A DNA stretch of 59,108 nucleotides, filler included, from Sphacelaria rigidula (taxonomy: Eukaryota), in NCBI GenBank assembly GCA_964200075.2. It is 8 parts of 8 records of this genome, joined end to end, with 100 filler letters (N's around TTAATTAATTAA, not from the genome) between each part and the next. Parts side by side here need not be neighbours in the genome. Positions count along the whole stretch, not along the records: positions 7,402 to 14,702 come from CAXNAA020015544.1; positions 14,803 to 22,103 come from CAXNAA020015545.1; positions 22,204 to 29,504 come from CAXNAA020015546.1; 5 more parts are not named here. One strand, 5' to 3'. A program made the translations under genes and the position numbers. The notes under the pieces were generated by a model that worked only from the letters and a program-made list of their open reading frames with translations, did no database searches and had not been told where the DNA came from. Of the stretch, positions 12,793-25,700 are shown piece after piece. Each line of letters opens with the position of its first letter. Position 1 is the first letter of the stretch.

Positions 12793-15700
12793 GGAGAAGA
12801 CTCTTCACTATTGGCAGCTGGAGGTTGTATCGACTCCCTCGCATTGCAAGTCGGTATGGTCGGTAAGCGAGTGACCACAGTCTGTAGCAGTATGTGTGGA
12901 TGGTGATCCTTGGGGCGTCCCAATATTTGAGAAGAAAGTACATGAAGTAACTGGCAGCGTTGGCGACAGGTGGTGCTCGATGCGGTGAGACACAAGGCCA
13001 ACCATGGCTGATATTGTACGTGCCGCATACTTGTACACGTGAGGATTCGTATCTATCTGTTCACGCGCGCCGCGACGCGGCTTCCGGTTGATCGATGTTG
13101 GCGCAAAGCCTGAACTTTACTAGGAGAGTAATGTAGTGCAATACGGCGAGCTGGGGGATGGGGCACAGGAAGACCGTGCGAAGTGTGTAATACTGTCTGT
13201 GAGCGATGGTTTGAAATTCAATCCAGCACCGAACAATACAGTTTGGCCGATTCATCCTCTCACATACTGTACAATCAAGCATGGTGTCGTGCCGCATATT
13301 GCTCGATATAGGACGTCGTCGGAGCGACTTCCATGTACAACAGTGATGGTGGCGGCTGGATGGTTAACACCCTTGTGTGAAAATCGAAAGTAACAGTAAA
13401 CGTTTACGCGAGTTGTTCAACCCGTACATGACTAAAGAAGGTCAAAAACTGTTGAATCGGCATCACTTTCACTTGAAAAAAGTATGTGGGAATCAGATGG
13501 ACTACAAGTAGGTCAATCCATAACTGTTGAATCGGCATCAACTTCACTTGGACAAAGTGTCATAGTCCAGATGTATCGAGGAGGGGAGTACAGTCGGTAC
13601 CACGACAGAGAGTGGATGAGGTGTAACGGCGAGGACAACCACGCACTCTACATGCAACAACAGACAACTTAACAACGTGTAGAGCTCCGTGTATTGCCGT
13701 GGCTTTTCTTTCTTCCGGAGGCATCCATGTACCCCGACTGTACCTCGGTTCTTGCTTCTTCTTGGTGCTTTCTGAAAACGATCGATTCTGGGCGGGTGCA
13801 TGAGGGACATATCCCTTTCCTTGTCCAGCCCCACCGCAGCTAACTGTTGTCGTGAGCTGTACGTCGTAGCGAGCCAAAGAAGCGGAATGAACCCACACAG
13901 CAAGCAATCATACTTTCATTGATATCTTGTTGAGCCATCTGAGGCGGATACCACTTGAGCAGCACCCGTGTACTTTCCAACAGTGTGTATAAAAAAATCC
14001 GCACACAATAGTTAGTCATGCGCAGCAACAAAAAAGCAGTCAGAAAAACTTCAGACGTTGAATCAAGGTTGCACGGCTCATGAGCTACCTGAATATCACC
14101 TGTTATTAGTGCACTGATCTCGATCACGAGCTATAATAGCTCACGTGGCCGCTTTTTCCGTATTTGCTCCCCCCAGCCTTGGACGCCGAGCATGCGGAGT
14201 AGCGTGAGGTAGTAATAGCGCTTTGGCTTCTTGGACCATGCTGTCACGTCACTTGTGTCTTTGGATGAAGGATCTGAGAGTCCCCTTCGATTCGGTATTT
14301 TGGGTAGTATATATAGCTCATGAGCTGTCCGACGTGTGTTTTTGACATTTCATTTGAGCTTCGGACCTCTTTTCGGTACACTACTTCCGGTGGACACTTC
14401 CATGGAAGAGTGCGCATCATGTTACGATCCAACGTTGGAACACCGTCCCGTACAGTAGTATAGTGCCGTGCTGCCTGTGTACAATGTGTATATGGCTGTT
14501 TGCGTGTGGTGCAGTATGGTGTCCACATTCACCCTTGCTCTTCTCCAAAGTTGCGCAGGACTGTGTCACGACGATGGCACTCGCCACAATAAGCCCGCCG
14601 CGGTTGCACGACGATAGCAGCCGGTAGGAAAGGCTGGACTCAAGTGTAAAGTTGGACGTACCTCATGAACCTTTCCGTGCTCGACTCGTGATTTCCTTAT
14701 ACNNNNNNNNNNNNNNNNNNNNNNNNNNNNNNNNNNNNNNNNNNNNTTAATTAATTAANNNNNNNNNNNNNNNNNNNNNNNNNNNNNNNNNNNNNNNNNN
14801 NNGCCAGTATGTCGATTTTAAAAAAATACCGCGGTATCACGGGAATATTCCCGAGAGGAGCCTTGAAAATTTTACGCTCCAACTCTTAATATTGGGGTGA
14901 GCAAACCCATGTAAACTTCAAATCCGCCTCTAGGCTGGCTCAGCTCGTAGCATTTTTTGTTTCGATCCAAAAAGTGCGACCGATTTGTTTCCGCCGATCT
15001 GACAGGTTCGCCGCATTCATGTTCCTAGAAGGCTTCAACTCAAAATTGTAATTAGCGGCGCGCGGAAAATAATTACTCAAGGTGGAAAATAATCGTTTAC
15101 GATCGAAAATATGCAGTAGAAAGGCACGAAGCGGCACTTAGCCGTTATCTTACAGACCACCACGCCAGATAACGCCTGTTCAATGGACCATGCAAACTCC
15201 ATCCCACTCATTCTCAGCCACCACCCCCACCCTGCAGCATAGAGCACGAGTTGAGCCCAGGGATAGATACACTGCAGTTGTTGAGCATGCCATGTTTATT
15301 TGTTATTGGCGAAAACTTGGGCATTTCTTTTCATGTTAGGGATCAGCGACGGAACTGCGTGGTACGGTGGACAACAGAGTTGCGTGCACGCTCATGGATA
15401 GTGCAGGCAGTACAAGGCTGCACGTTGCTGAAGTCCTTTCACGTCGCATAGTTCTGGGCTGTCTGCACTGCACGTTGCCCGCTTCTCTTTTACATCCTCC
15501 TGTTCGAAACACACACATACGCACTCAAGACATACTGCTTGCAAGAAGTGCACAAGTGACCATGTACCGTTTCACGAATTTCACCGTCGTTTTTCGATCG
15601 AAAGCTTGAAAATCCATCTGGACCCAACTATTATTCATGTCTTCCTGTTCCAATAATATATAGTCCTCCTGGGGATTTCACTATTATTAGTTCGGATTCC

Positions 15701-16025
15701 TGTTCTTGTAACTTTTCGTACTTGTTTTCAAGTTGTTTATACAAATCAGAAATGTATTGATTTTCTAAATACTAATTATTTTGTTTGAAACAGAAAAAAC
15801 TGTCACGAGAGTGATATCAATTCACTTTTTGAATCACATACCTGCATTTTTTATTGTGATAAACTAATTGAATAAGTAATTCAACAAGTAATTCCATAAA
15901 TGGTTAAATAAATGATCAAATAAATAATTAAACGATGCATCGAAACGACAAAATTTTTGCTCATATCGATTCCACCGCCCCATGCTTTCGATCCGAAAAA
16001 AAAGTGCGAAGACACGCTCTCATCA

Positions 16026-16200
16026 GGCCAACTCTTGTGGGAGCGTTTGAAAATTTATTTTGCAACAATTTCAGGGGAGTTTTTCTTTTTTTCTTTGTCA
16101 CCATGGTGAACGGGCACAAAATATACAACTACAGCAAAGGAAAAAAAACGTTCAAAATTATTGCAAAATAGAATTCCAAACGCTCCCATAAGAGTTGGCC
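16026..16200. mobile_element. PIF/Harbinger (Tourist-like) MITE, 175 bp
   Basis: ~45-bp imperfect TIR GGCCAACTCTT(G/A)TGGGAGCGTTTG..., with the 3-bp duplication TCA on both sides (16023-16025, 16201-16203). Confidence 0.8.
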
Positions 16201-19200
16201 TCAGGCCGCGACTTTTCAAATTGTTTTCGTGCCGAAAGCTTGCGGTCGAATCAAATTCGCTCGTGTCTGATCCGCCTGTCGTCCGGGTTATTAATTTCTC
16301 CAGATGGTTGACAACGTGAGTGCGGTGGACGTATCCGGTACGGGCGAATTTGATTCCACCGCACATTTTCCACAAAAACAATTGTACTCGGATACGCTCT
16401 AACTTACAAGCATGGCTGGATCCCTCGCGGACAGGGCTTCAGATAAGCCGAAGGTCACATGTGCGGCAAGAATATCTGGCAGGCACAACATTTAGGGATT
16501 CAGGCACAATTTCATAAAAAAAATTGCTTGAAAAACAAGCGTTTGGGGAATAACTAATATAGCATCGTATTGTTATCTACTGCTGTTGATGGGAAACATT
16601 CTGCTCGTATTTCTCACCCGACCTCTTCTCACAACACAATTTTCTCGCTGACTGATATGACGCGGCGAGAAGAAGGGGCCGGATTTCTCCTTCGCTTCGT
16701 TCGATTTGGATCACCATGCCGTACATTTGTTTTTGCTTGCGGCGGAAATATGCGCGCTGCAAAATTGCCGTCTGCGGCAAGCAGCACATGCCACATTGCA
16801 CAAAATGCGTTCTTGCTCTTTCTCGTTGCAGCTCGTGCGCAGCTGCAACTGCTCGTGCGGAGCTGTACTGCGCGACACCTATCTGAAGCCGCGGTCGGAG
16901 ATGAGGCAATTTGCGACACTCAACCCGTCAATGTCTACATGAGTACACACCTACTTTACAGAGTGCGTGCAGAGTGTTGTGTCCCGTCAAGTATTGTGTA
17001 CATTGAGCACCCTCGGTAGCGACTACCAGCTCATCATTATGGTCGATCTACGGGGAACTCGGGAATTGAAGTCGGCGCAATCACAAGCTCCAGCCTGTCG
17101 CCGTCCAGTTAGCATCAGAGCATCGTGCAGCTGAGATATTCTCGGAAGGGGCTGATTCCATTACTCTTAGTTGGGGCCACCACGCGCGCAATCACACCGA
17201 GAATGGAAAAAAATGTGGAAGGATTTCCACCTTTGCACAGGGCGAAGCGTTTTTTTGCAACCGCTCGGCTTAATAATCTCGGTCACGATATATGTCCTAT
17301 GGTGTCAGTGTCTTGGATCCCGACACGCTGCATGCTATTCTTGGCCCAGGCTTCCATCATATCGGAAAAGGGACTACAACTGTACATGTCAGCGCATGTG
17401 CCTCACAACACGAGTTTCCGCCACCTAGCGTAGCCAGCACATGAAAAAATGTCACTGTACGCTCTACTGGTCACGCTGGGGGGTTCCACAGAGTTGAACT
17501 TGATCATGAAACCAACACAGTCAGTATAGTCAGTACATACAACAGTCAAGTGACGTGCAGCTTAGTACATAGTACGAATATATGGTAGTAGACGTAGACT
17601 TCAAACTTCAGGTCGAGGATTTGTGACATACCTCAACAGTGGGGCGTACAGATGTAGCTAGGTTGGCTAGCAGAAACACCTAATCATCGCGTGGCCAGGT
17701 ACATCATGCAAAATATATTTAATTGTGCACAAACGCAATTACATGGGCACAGCAATAAACAGGTTTCTCACGCCACAAGGGGTGACGCGCGGGTGGGCTT
17801 GAAGAAGCTTGCACGCCTACAATCATTTGAAATTTCCGTATTTGATCCACCCCCAGGACATCCATCTACCGAACATGAACTTCCACCCACCTCAGAAAAG
17901 CAGCAACAGGGTAGCATATCGCAACGAACACAGATCTCCCAAGCACCAACCCGAATATTACGAGCCTCGCGTTTCGCGCCGTAGGCCCAAGCGGCGGTAG
18001 TATCTCCCTCGCCTCGATAAAGGCCCATAGCTGCAAGCACAGCAACCCAGCGGCGTGTACGCGATTACTTCTGGTGACGGCACCCGAGTATGATCCCGAG
18101 TATGATCCTGCTCGCCCACGTTGGGAGTGCCGAGATGTAGATGGCATGCTTCCCTCTGATCTCGTGACGGAATGGTACGACATGATTTCGTGAGGGCCAA
18201 TCGGCCGAGAATATGGGGGGGGGGGGGGGGGTACTTGGGCCAAACCGTTGCCCTATTGAGTTGATGTTCCCGCTGGCTTGTAGCCTGTGTTCGGTACTCA
18301 CACGAATATTAGAATCACTTTTTCATATGTATATTCGAACATCAGCGGGTTTATCAGACTCGCGGCCAATAATCAGACTGCGGGACTGCCCGTTCTGATT
18401 CTTCGCCGTCTGCTACCTTGTTGCGGTGTGTCAACAACGGTGAGGAACCAACAGTTCTGTCGTTGGCCAGAAGAGAAGGAAGAACTGCAAGACACCAGAA
18501 AGAACGGTGGGGCTGAATTTTGCTGACTGGATTATTGTTTTGGCCCCTGCGTTCCGAGTTATAGCCTGATTTTCTAGTCCATCCACGCGATGCACTGTTG
18601 TTGTATCATACATGGAAACGGATCATGATATTGCATACATCGACACCGTACATCGGTGCTTTACGCCGTGCAGGCACGTGGGTACCGGGTGAACCAGAGA
18701 GCTCGCCCATTGCAGTGTGTGGTGGTACCCCATTATGTGGTATCGACGCTAACATTCAGAAGATGCAGCCGAGTCCAGTTCTGTAGAGTGCCCGGTGACT
18801 TGTACTATGCCCCGTACTCCTTCCGCGATCAAGCAAATTCGTTCATCCATTGTGAGATGGAAAAAACGAAAAAACGTCGCGCAGTAGCTGAAGATAGCGG
18901 CGGGCAGCGGACGAGCAGCACGCGCTGTTCGCTAGAACTAGAGCAGTCATAGTGTCAGTAGATAAAGGTCACCCCCCCTTCCTTTTTGAAAAAATGTGGG
19001 ATTGGTCCTGGGATCTTCGCATGCGTACTGTATCACAAAGGTGCATGTAGCACATGCGGTTTGGGTGCGAATTTGAATTTGTCCGCTGGCTCTGTCCCCC
19101 CCCCTCAATTTTCAAATTTTGTTCAAGCAGCTCATTGTCCGAGGTGGTCCAGCCTATCGTAGGCACGGGTTGAAGCTCTCAAAGCAATATCTCATCGACA

Positions 19201-19390
19201 CAGACGAGTTGGGTCGTGATCCGCATATCGCAGTAATTCTCTGATGAAGGAGAAAATGCTCATGTGCTCAACAGTCCGAACCAGTTTTTTGTCGCTGATT
19301 AACTTCACGTCTAGTAATTCTTGTATTGTACGGACATAGAATCCATACTAAAGTCTAAATGAAACAGCGAACGATATAGTTTTTTTCTTG

Positions 19391-19528
19391 CCCAAAATTG
19401 CATTTTTCTCGGAGACCGCTCATTTCCCTCGGAGACCGGTCAAGTCGAGACAAATCTCGCATTTTTTTTCTTGACTTGACCGGTCTTCGAGAAAGATGAG
19501 CGATCTCCGAAAAAAATGCAAGTTTGGG
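19391..19528. repeat. Long imperfect palindrome / fold-back (~60-bp arms)
   Basis: TTGCATTTTTCTCGGAGACCGCTCAT...GACCGGTCAAGTCGAGA pairs with TCTTGACTTGACCGGTC...ATGAGCGATCTCCGAAAAAAATGCAA around a short loop. Confidence 0.85.
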
Positions 19529-19940
19529 GTACGTAAAAAGAAAATGCGGTCACCGGCAAGACAGATAGGTATGCTGGAACCGTCTCAATGAGTACAGCAA
19601 GGCATTCCAAGGTGTCAAAATCTGCCTAGATCTCTTGCGCGTGAAACGACATAAAAATCTTCAAAAGGGGACTTTTCTACATCTTTTTTTATGTCTGCCA
19701 TAAGGAGCGGCCTTTCGGTCGGAATGGTCGAATGATCTGCTGTGTCATTATTCCTGCTCTTATTTTATCGCGTCTGTGTTAATTTTTCTGGGACCTATGC
19801 CATGCTTCCTTTGATTCCCCTGCACCTTATTTCGGGTATTTTGCCTGTTACACCGGGAAGCGTCCGCATGAGATGCTCAGTACGATAGTACAAAATGATG
19901 CACAGATCGGAACGACTTTTTCATGTAAGGATAACAGCGT

Positions 19941-19941
19941 C

Positions 19942-19978
<37 letters not shown>
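19941..19978 (+). repeat. (CAA)12 microsatellite
   Basis: Direct reading of the sequence. Confidence 0.95.
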
Positions 19979-19989
19979 GTTTGCCCTCC

Positions 19990-20047
19990 ATTGATTGATC
20001 GATTGATTATCTCACATTAGCTGATAGCAACAATCCAGTCCGTGGTC
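19990..20047 (-). mobile_element. LINE-type 3' terminus with (CAAT)n tail
   Basis: The minus strand reads GACCACGGACTGGATTGTTGCTATCAGCTAATGTGAGATAATCAATCGATCAATCAAT; the motif is shared with other tails in the window. Confidence 0.55.
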
Positions 20048-22741
20048 AGGAGCAGCAAAAATAGGACATTCATGTTGTATACTAATTCTGATGCCGGGTG
20101 TTCGAGGAAAGACTACAGTAAAAAGCGATGCGCTCTTAGAGTTTTCCGTGTTGCCGAGGTGGATGTCCAAGGGTTTTGTCAACCCTTTAACCGCCCGGGT
20201 AGGCCATGTGTTGAAAAAGATTACCTACTGTACCCTGGCGGTGAATGAGGGAACGGAATAGTGTTTTCAGATGATTTGCGCTTTTCCCGATAAATTAGAT
20301 GTTGCCCCCGACTTTTCTGAAGAACATATTCTGAAAAATAAAGTTCAACGCTGAATTTTCGGAGAAAACCTGTGTCCCGTCTTACAAGGGTAATTCATCT
20401 GGATCATGCATACTTGTTTCTAGTGAAGTTTATGTCGATTCAGCAGAGGACCCATTCCCGGTAAGGGTTAAGTTCACCTATTGCCTGGCCCGGTCAAAAA
20501 ACCTGCGCTCACATTTTTCAGAGTTTTTTTTTTCCCCGAACATTTTTGGAGATTCCGGGATTGGAAAAATCGACCCGTCAAGAAAGCCGTGTATTATTGA
20601 GACCAAAGAAAAAGCGGGAAAAGGAACAAGCGTCCAAATGCAGCACGCTGATTAGTCGCCTCAACCATAGATCCGCCGGGGGGATCGACCAACGTGCTGC
20701 CTTTGGACGCTTGTTCCTTTACTCGATTCTGTATTTGGTCTCGATCAGACACGACCTAAGCACAACGGCGGTGCGCAAAGTGACCTGACTGTTTTAAGTT
20801 TCCTGCAGAATGCAGGTATTATTTGTGGGTTGTGTGGAATCCCTAGTCTATCGCAGGAGTGTCGAGTGTGCAGAATGCAGGTATCGCCTCAGAAGAGTAA
20901 CAACCGAACACGGCAAAGCAACCACAAGAGTTTACCCTGTGATGTCTGGGGGGCCTCCTGTGCGATATCGTCCACTCCTTGTTTTGTGGGTGTACTTCAG
21001 TATCGTGGAGAGAGTAACTGTATTCGCACGAGTTTGGACAACAGCGTTCGTCGTTTGCTCTCCCTGGCTCTGTCCAAAACGCGGTATCCTTTGTTTTTTC
21101 TTTTCGTACGAGATGAGCTGTGGATACGAATTCCTCGCAAACAACGGCTGTGAAACGTTCTTGGAAGTTCATGATCTTGAATAACCCTGAAACCCTAACC
21201 CTAACCCGAGGCATGTCAAAAACCCTCGGGTGAGGGGGGTGCGGAGGGTTACCTAGGTAAAGTGTGCGTTGGCAGACCTCACATCGGCGCCGTGGGCGTT
21301 GTTTTGGACAAAAACATGCTCTGCGCAAGTCTAGGAGCACGTGGTACTGTAAGACCCACTAAAGATCCGAACATCGATGTTCACACTAAAGTCAAGGGAT
21401 ACACGTTGTCAATCATTGTATACGACAAAAGCTTAACCCTTAGACTGCGAGCTTCGCCTCGGAACAGTTTCACGGGCTGACAGCCCTGGGGCATTCGGGA
21501 GTTCCCAGGGGATGGGGAAAGGTGGTTTTTGACAGGGGGTGGGGGCCTGTTCGCAGAGTAGCCGAGAAGGTTACCAAGTCAACCATGTGTCCTTGAAACT
21601 TTCCCACGGAAAATTTCTAAGCAGGGACGGAACCCGAGAGGAGCGGAATGACCATTTCGCTAGCCGTGATCGGTCAGAATGGCCAGTATGCCATACCCCA
21701 GATGGACAACAGAGGGACTAAATCGCAGTCTAGCCGTGTTTCCTATTTTGGTCATAATCATCCAACCATAGGCAACATTGGCACAACAACGTGCTTTTTA
21801 CTCTGCTCGTGGTCTTGGCCGCCTGCCTGACCCGTCTTGTGTTTGCTTAGGGCCAGTGGATGACACCCCATCATTGTACAAACTGGGCCAGCCTCGAAAC
21901 GGATTCAAACAAGTACAGCCGTATCTCATCGCCGCAGACGAATTGTGCCGCGATCTACACATTTGTTAATCGTCTGATCAAGGGGCAGATTCCCATCTTA
22001 CTCAACAGCCCGGTCAGATGCTTGCTCGTTGGTTCAACCCCATGTCGAGTAACGAGATGAAGACGCTGAACGATAGAGTACCAAAGCCAAAGGCGCAATG
22101 GACNNNNNNNNNNNNNNNNNNNNNNNNNNNNNNNNNNNNNNNNNNNNTTAATTAATTAANNNNNNNNNNNNNNNNNNNNNNNNNNNNNNNNNNNNNNNNN
22201 NNNGTCTGTGTCGATGAGATATTGCTTTTCGAGCTTAAATCCGTTTTTAGGCTAGCCCAGCTCGTATCACTTACGTCTTCGATACGGCACTCATTAATTC
22301 GAGACAGCACGTACTCCTTGCGCAAGATATCATTTATTTTTCGATACGACACTCAACGATAGACAAGGAGAAGCCCGGTGACCCAACTTACTACAGCACC
22401 ATCAACGGAAGGCCACATTGCACCAACGCTATGGGAGGTAAAAAGCCCTCATAGCCGTGGCGCATTTCCACCATCAACGTTTGCACAGCTCATGTATTCG
22501 AACTAAAATACGTGGCACCCACAGATCTACCCAGATATAAACACAGCAGGCGGGACACATCGTAAACGAGTCTCGCTCGACGTCCAGCGTCGTGAAACCC
22601 TCTCGAATCCCTACTTGTATGCTGGGTGGAACCATTAGCGCCCCCAGAGTACACGTCACGAGAAACACAAAAATACGGCAACACAAATAGCACACGTACC
22701 AATACTACACGCTCACTGCAGAATGCAGTTACGGTTCGCTG

Positions 22742-25700
22742 TCACCGGCCATCTGAATCTAGCAACTCATCGTCTCCATTGACGTTCGGCGAGCGCGCAT
22801 GGTTGTCGTCAGTTTCGCCTTCTCTCAGTCCCTCGTCTTTTTCCCTTCTCCTACTCCCACCACTCGAATTATCTTCGGTACCACCAAGAACCCTTCTGGC
22901 CACTGGATCCCCCGCCACCCAGACATCATCACGCGGTAGAATCACGGGTAACCCCTGATCTTCTTCATCTCTGGTTTTGCCCCGACCGCCTCGATCTTTC
23001 AGGGAATACTTTTGAGGCGAGGAGACAACATCCCTTGCCCCCACCTGGTCAAATGTTCCTGTGCTCCGGTTCCCGCCGGCCAACGACGAGGAGGTCGACG
23101 CTCTCCTCCCCCCTTCCTCCGAAGCACTGGAAACCATTGCCTCCGCTGAGCGGTTTTCCCTGAAGGAGTGCCCCCGTAAAGGCGAACGAGGCGGTGATGA
23201 CGAGTTATCATCCTTCGATGACGGTTGAGACAGCCGCGCTTGAACAGATAATCCCAAACTCGGCTCCCCCTCACTCACACCTTCTCTCGCGCTTTCACCC
23301 CTCCGACTACCGCCGTCAACAAAACTCGGCGCTCTGCCTGAATCTTCTGGTATTTGCAACATTGTTGCCTGCATCTCTATTCCCTTTTCCTCCTCTTCCC
23401 CATCCCCGACATCCTGCACAGCAGGACTTTTAGAGCGTAGGCTACTTTTTACCGCCCCCGAAGCGCGATGCCTCCTCCCTGTTTCCCCCCCCCATCCCGC
23501 CCCAACGACCTCCTCACTAAACACCCGTCGATGTCGCTCTCTGCGGTCAACTTCAGCAAAGGCGAGGGTGGACACGGACGAATGCCTTATCCGCCCGCGC
23601 CGGCTACCGCCTTCGTCGCATTCTCCGAGATTTGCGGCGGCGGCGGCGGCAGCCACCGTGCTTGCTTCGATCTCACCGGAACTCCTGCCGAGTAACTCGT
23701 TTCCAAGTCGCAGGTATTCGGTCGTGAGTTTGCGTGTAAAGGATGACGGTTCGGAAGGTGGATCCGGCACCAAAGTTTCTTCGCCCTAGGAGGGGACATG
23801 GGGCAGCGGCGGAATGGACGATGGGTTGCGTTGAGACGGTGGGCTGCCAGGATGTCAGCGTGTATGGAAGGCGGTTTCACTTGGAGACGTACTTCATGCA
23901 TGGTGGTGGTGTAGTAGGGTGGCGTGGATCAAATCCAAACGTTTCACCCTCGCCCTTCTCGCGCACGCGACAAGACATTTCGATGCTTCGCAACTCATTT
24001 GTCTCCTGAAGAACTGGAACCACGTGTGAACTGAAGACTGGCAAAGCATGATGTCTTGGAGGGATTGGTGTGTGTTTCACTCCGTGCGATTTGAAGTTTG
24101 AGCCCTTGACATATTTACATGTCTCTATATGCCCCCCCCTCTCCCCCTTCCCCCCAGCGTGTCTCCCTCTCGGCACGTATCCCAACTCTCGAAAGATTAC
24201 CCACCTCTCCCCGGGCACCTGCCTCGCGAGTTATTTCTAAGCAGTGGATCATGACTACAATGTCAGTACATCGACTCTTCCCGGTGTTTCTGTTGGCTCG
24301 CATTTTCATGCTTTCCACAGCGGAGATCATTGAAACAAAGCACCACTGCGGCGATTCCAAGACACTGCTTGTACTCCGCCCAAATTGCGCGATCACGTAC
24401 AAATTTGACCACCGGAGCGCGCCGGCTGTACTTGGCAGTTTCACGACGCGCTCGTGGTGGGCAGAAATACAACTGCGTTTTGCACATGCCCTCGTTCACT
24501 CATCGATTGATTGGGGGAAATCAAGTCACCTGTCTGTAGCCGGCCATCTTCATCCAATACTGGACGACGTCCCCTTGCCACAGCATCCCGTGGATGCCAC
24601 AGGCGAAGATCGACACTATCCAAACCACTAGCGAAATGTCCACCCATCTGGAAAAGAGACAAGACACAAACATCACGGATGCGCATACATATGGCAGATA
24701 CGTTCAAACGCTGTCAACATCGCGCGGTGAAGTATTACCCCACCCATGGGCGACAACAACCCTCTCGGAGGTCTCTCCACCCTGCAACCCTCCCCCCTAC
24801 TCACAGCACATATATCAGTTATTTGTTTCGCATTCTTGGGTGCAGCGTCACGTTACAAATACAAATCAATCGAACAACTCGTAAAAGCAGACAGAAACAA
24901 TGGCTCATAGAGTGGAAGCTGTGACGTTATAGCCGCTACTGAATCGCCATGGTATTTGTTTTTACAACGATAGATCCTTGGTACGACCCCCGCTGAAGTC
25001 ACACGAACTGGGTTTTTCGCTCACAACATGCCTCAGTGAAAAACTATATATATTTCGATCGTAAATAAAAACTCGATTCAACTTTCGACGAGGGAAAGGG
25101 ACGGTCCGTATCTTCCTCGCGATAAAAATCAAGGCAAGCCCCGCAAAAAGAAGGTAGGGAAACAGAAACACCTGTGTGACCTTCGTATGTGATTTCTTGT
25201 GTGAACCCCGCTGGCGCACCAAGATACACCGGACGGTGACGATGTCCAGAATAAATAGGACGAAATACACACACAGCTAGGGTCAAAACCAACATTTTCG
25301 TATTATCAAGAATCAATCGGCCACCACGGAAACGGGCAATGAAACGGCGAGGCAGCACCAACTCCGTTCAGATAGCGTAGCTAGCCGCCATTTTACATGG
25401 CAAATGCTCTACTCAGTTCCGCATCTGGTACTCTCCGACGAGAAGGGCTCGGTGCTATGGCGCCCAGCGCACTCACGTGAACGAATTTTTCGACTCCTGT
25501 ACTTCTGGTATCTCCTCGGGCTCCGTGATGTGATCTAGCTTGGCGGATGTCAAATTCACCTTTTTCCAACGTCGGAGGGCATACGGCATGAGGCACCAGA
25601 ACGGCAGAGGAGGGGAGGGAGTGAGCAAGCATTCACCGATGCCTTTCAGTCTCTATCCATGTGCTGCTGTGGTTCACGACCCGAAGCACAGCGAGAAGCG

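Noticed and set aside
25440-25500. GVEKFVHVSALGA...SPS in ORF 25393-25632 looks like an NDUFA9/atypical SDR motif
   Set aside because: It is an alternative frame straddling the CLN5-like exon 25559-25477 and its GTGAGT donor. No other SDR motifs are nearby, so it is probably coincidence.
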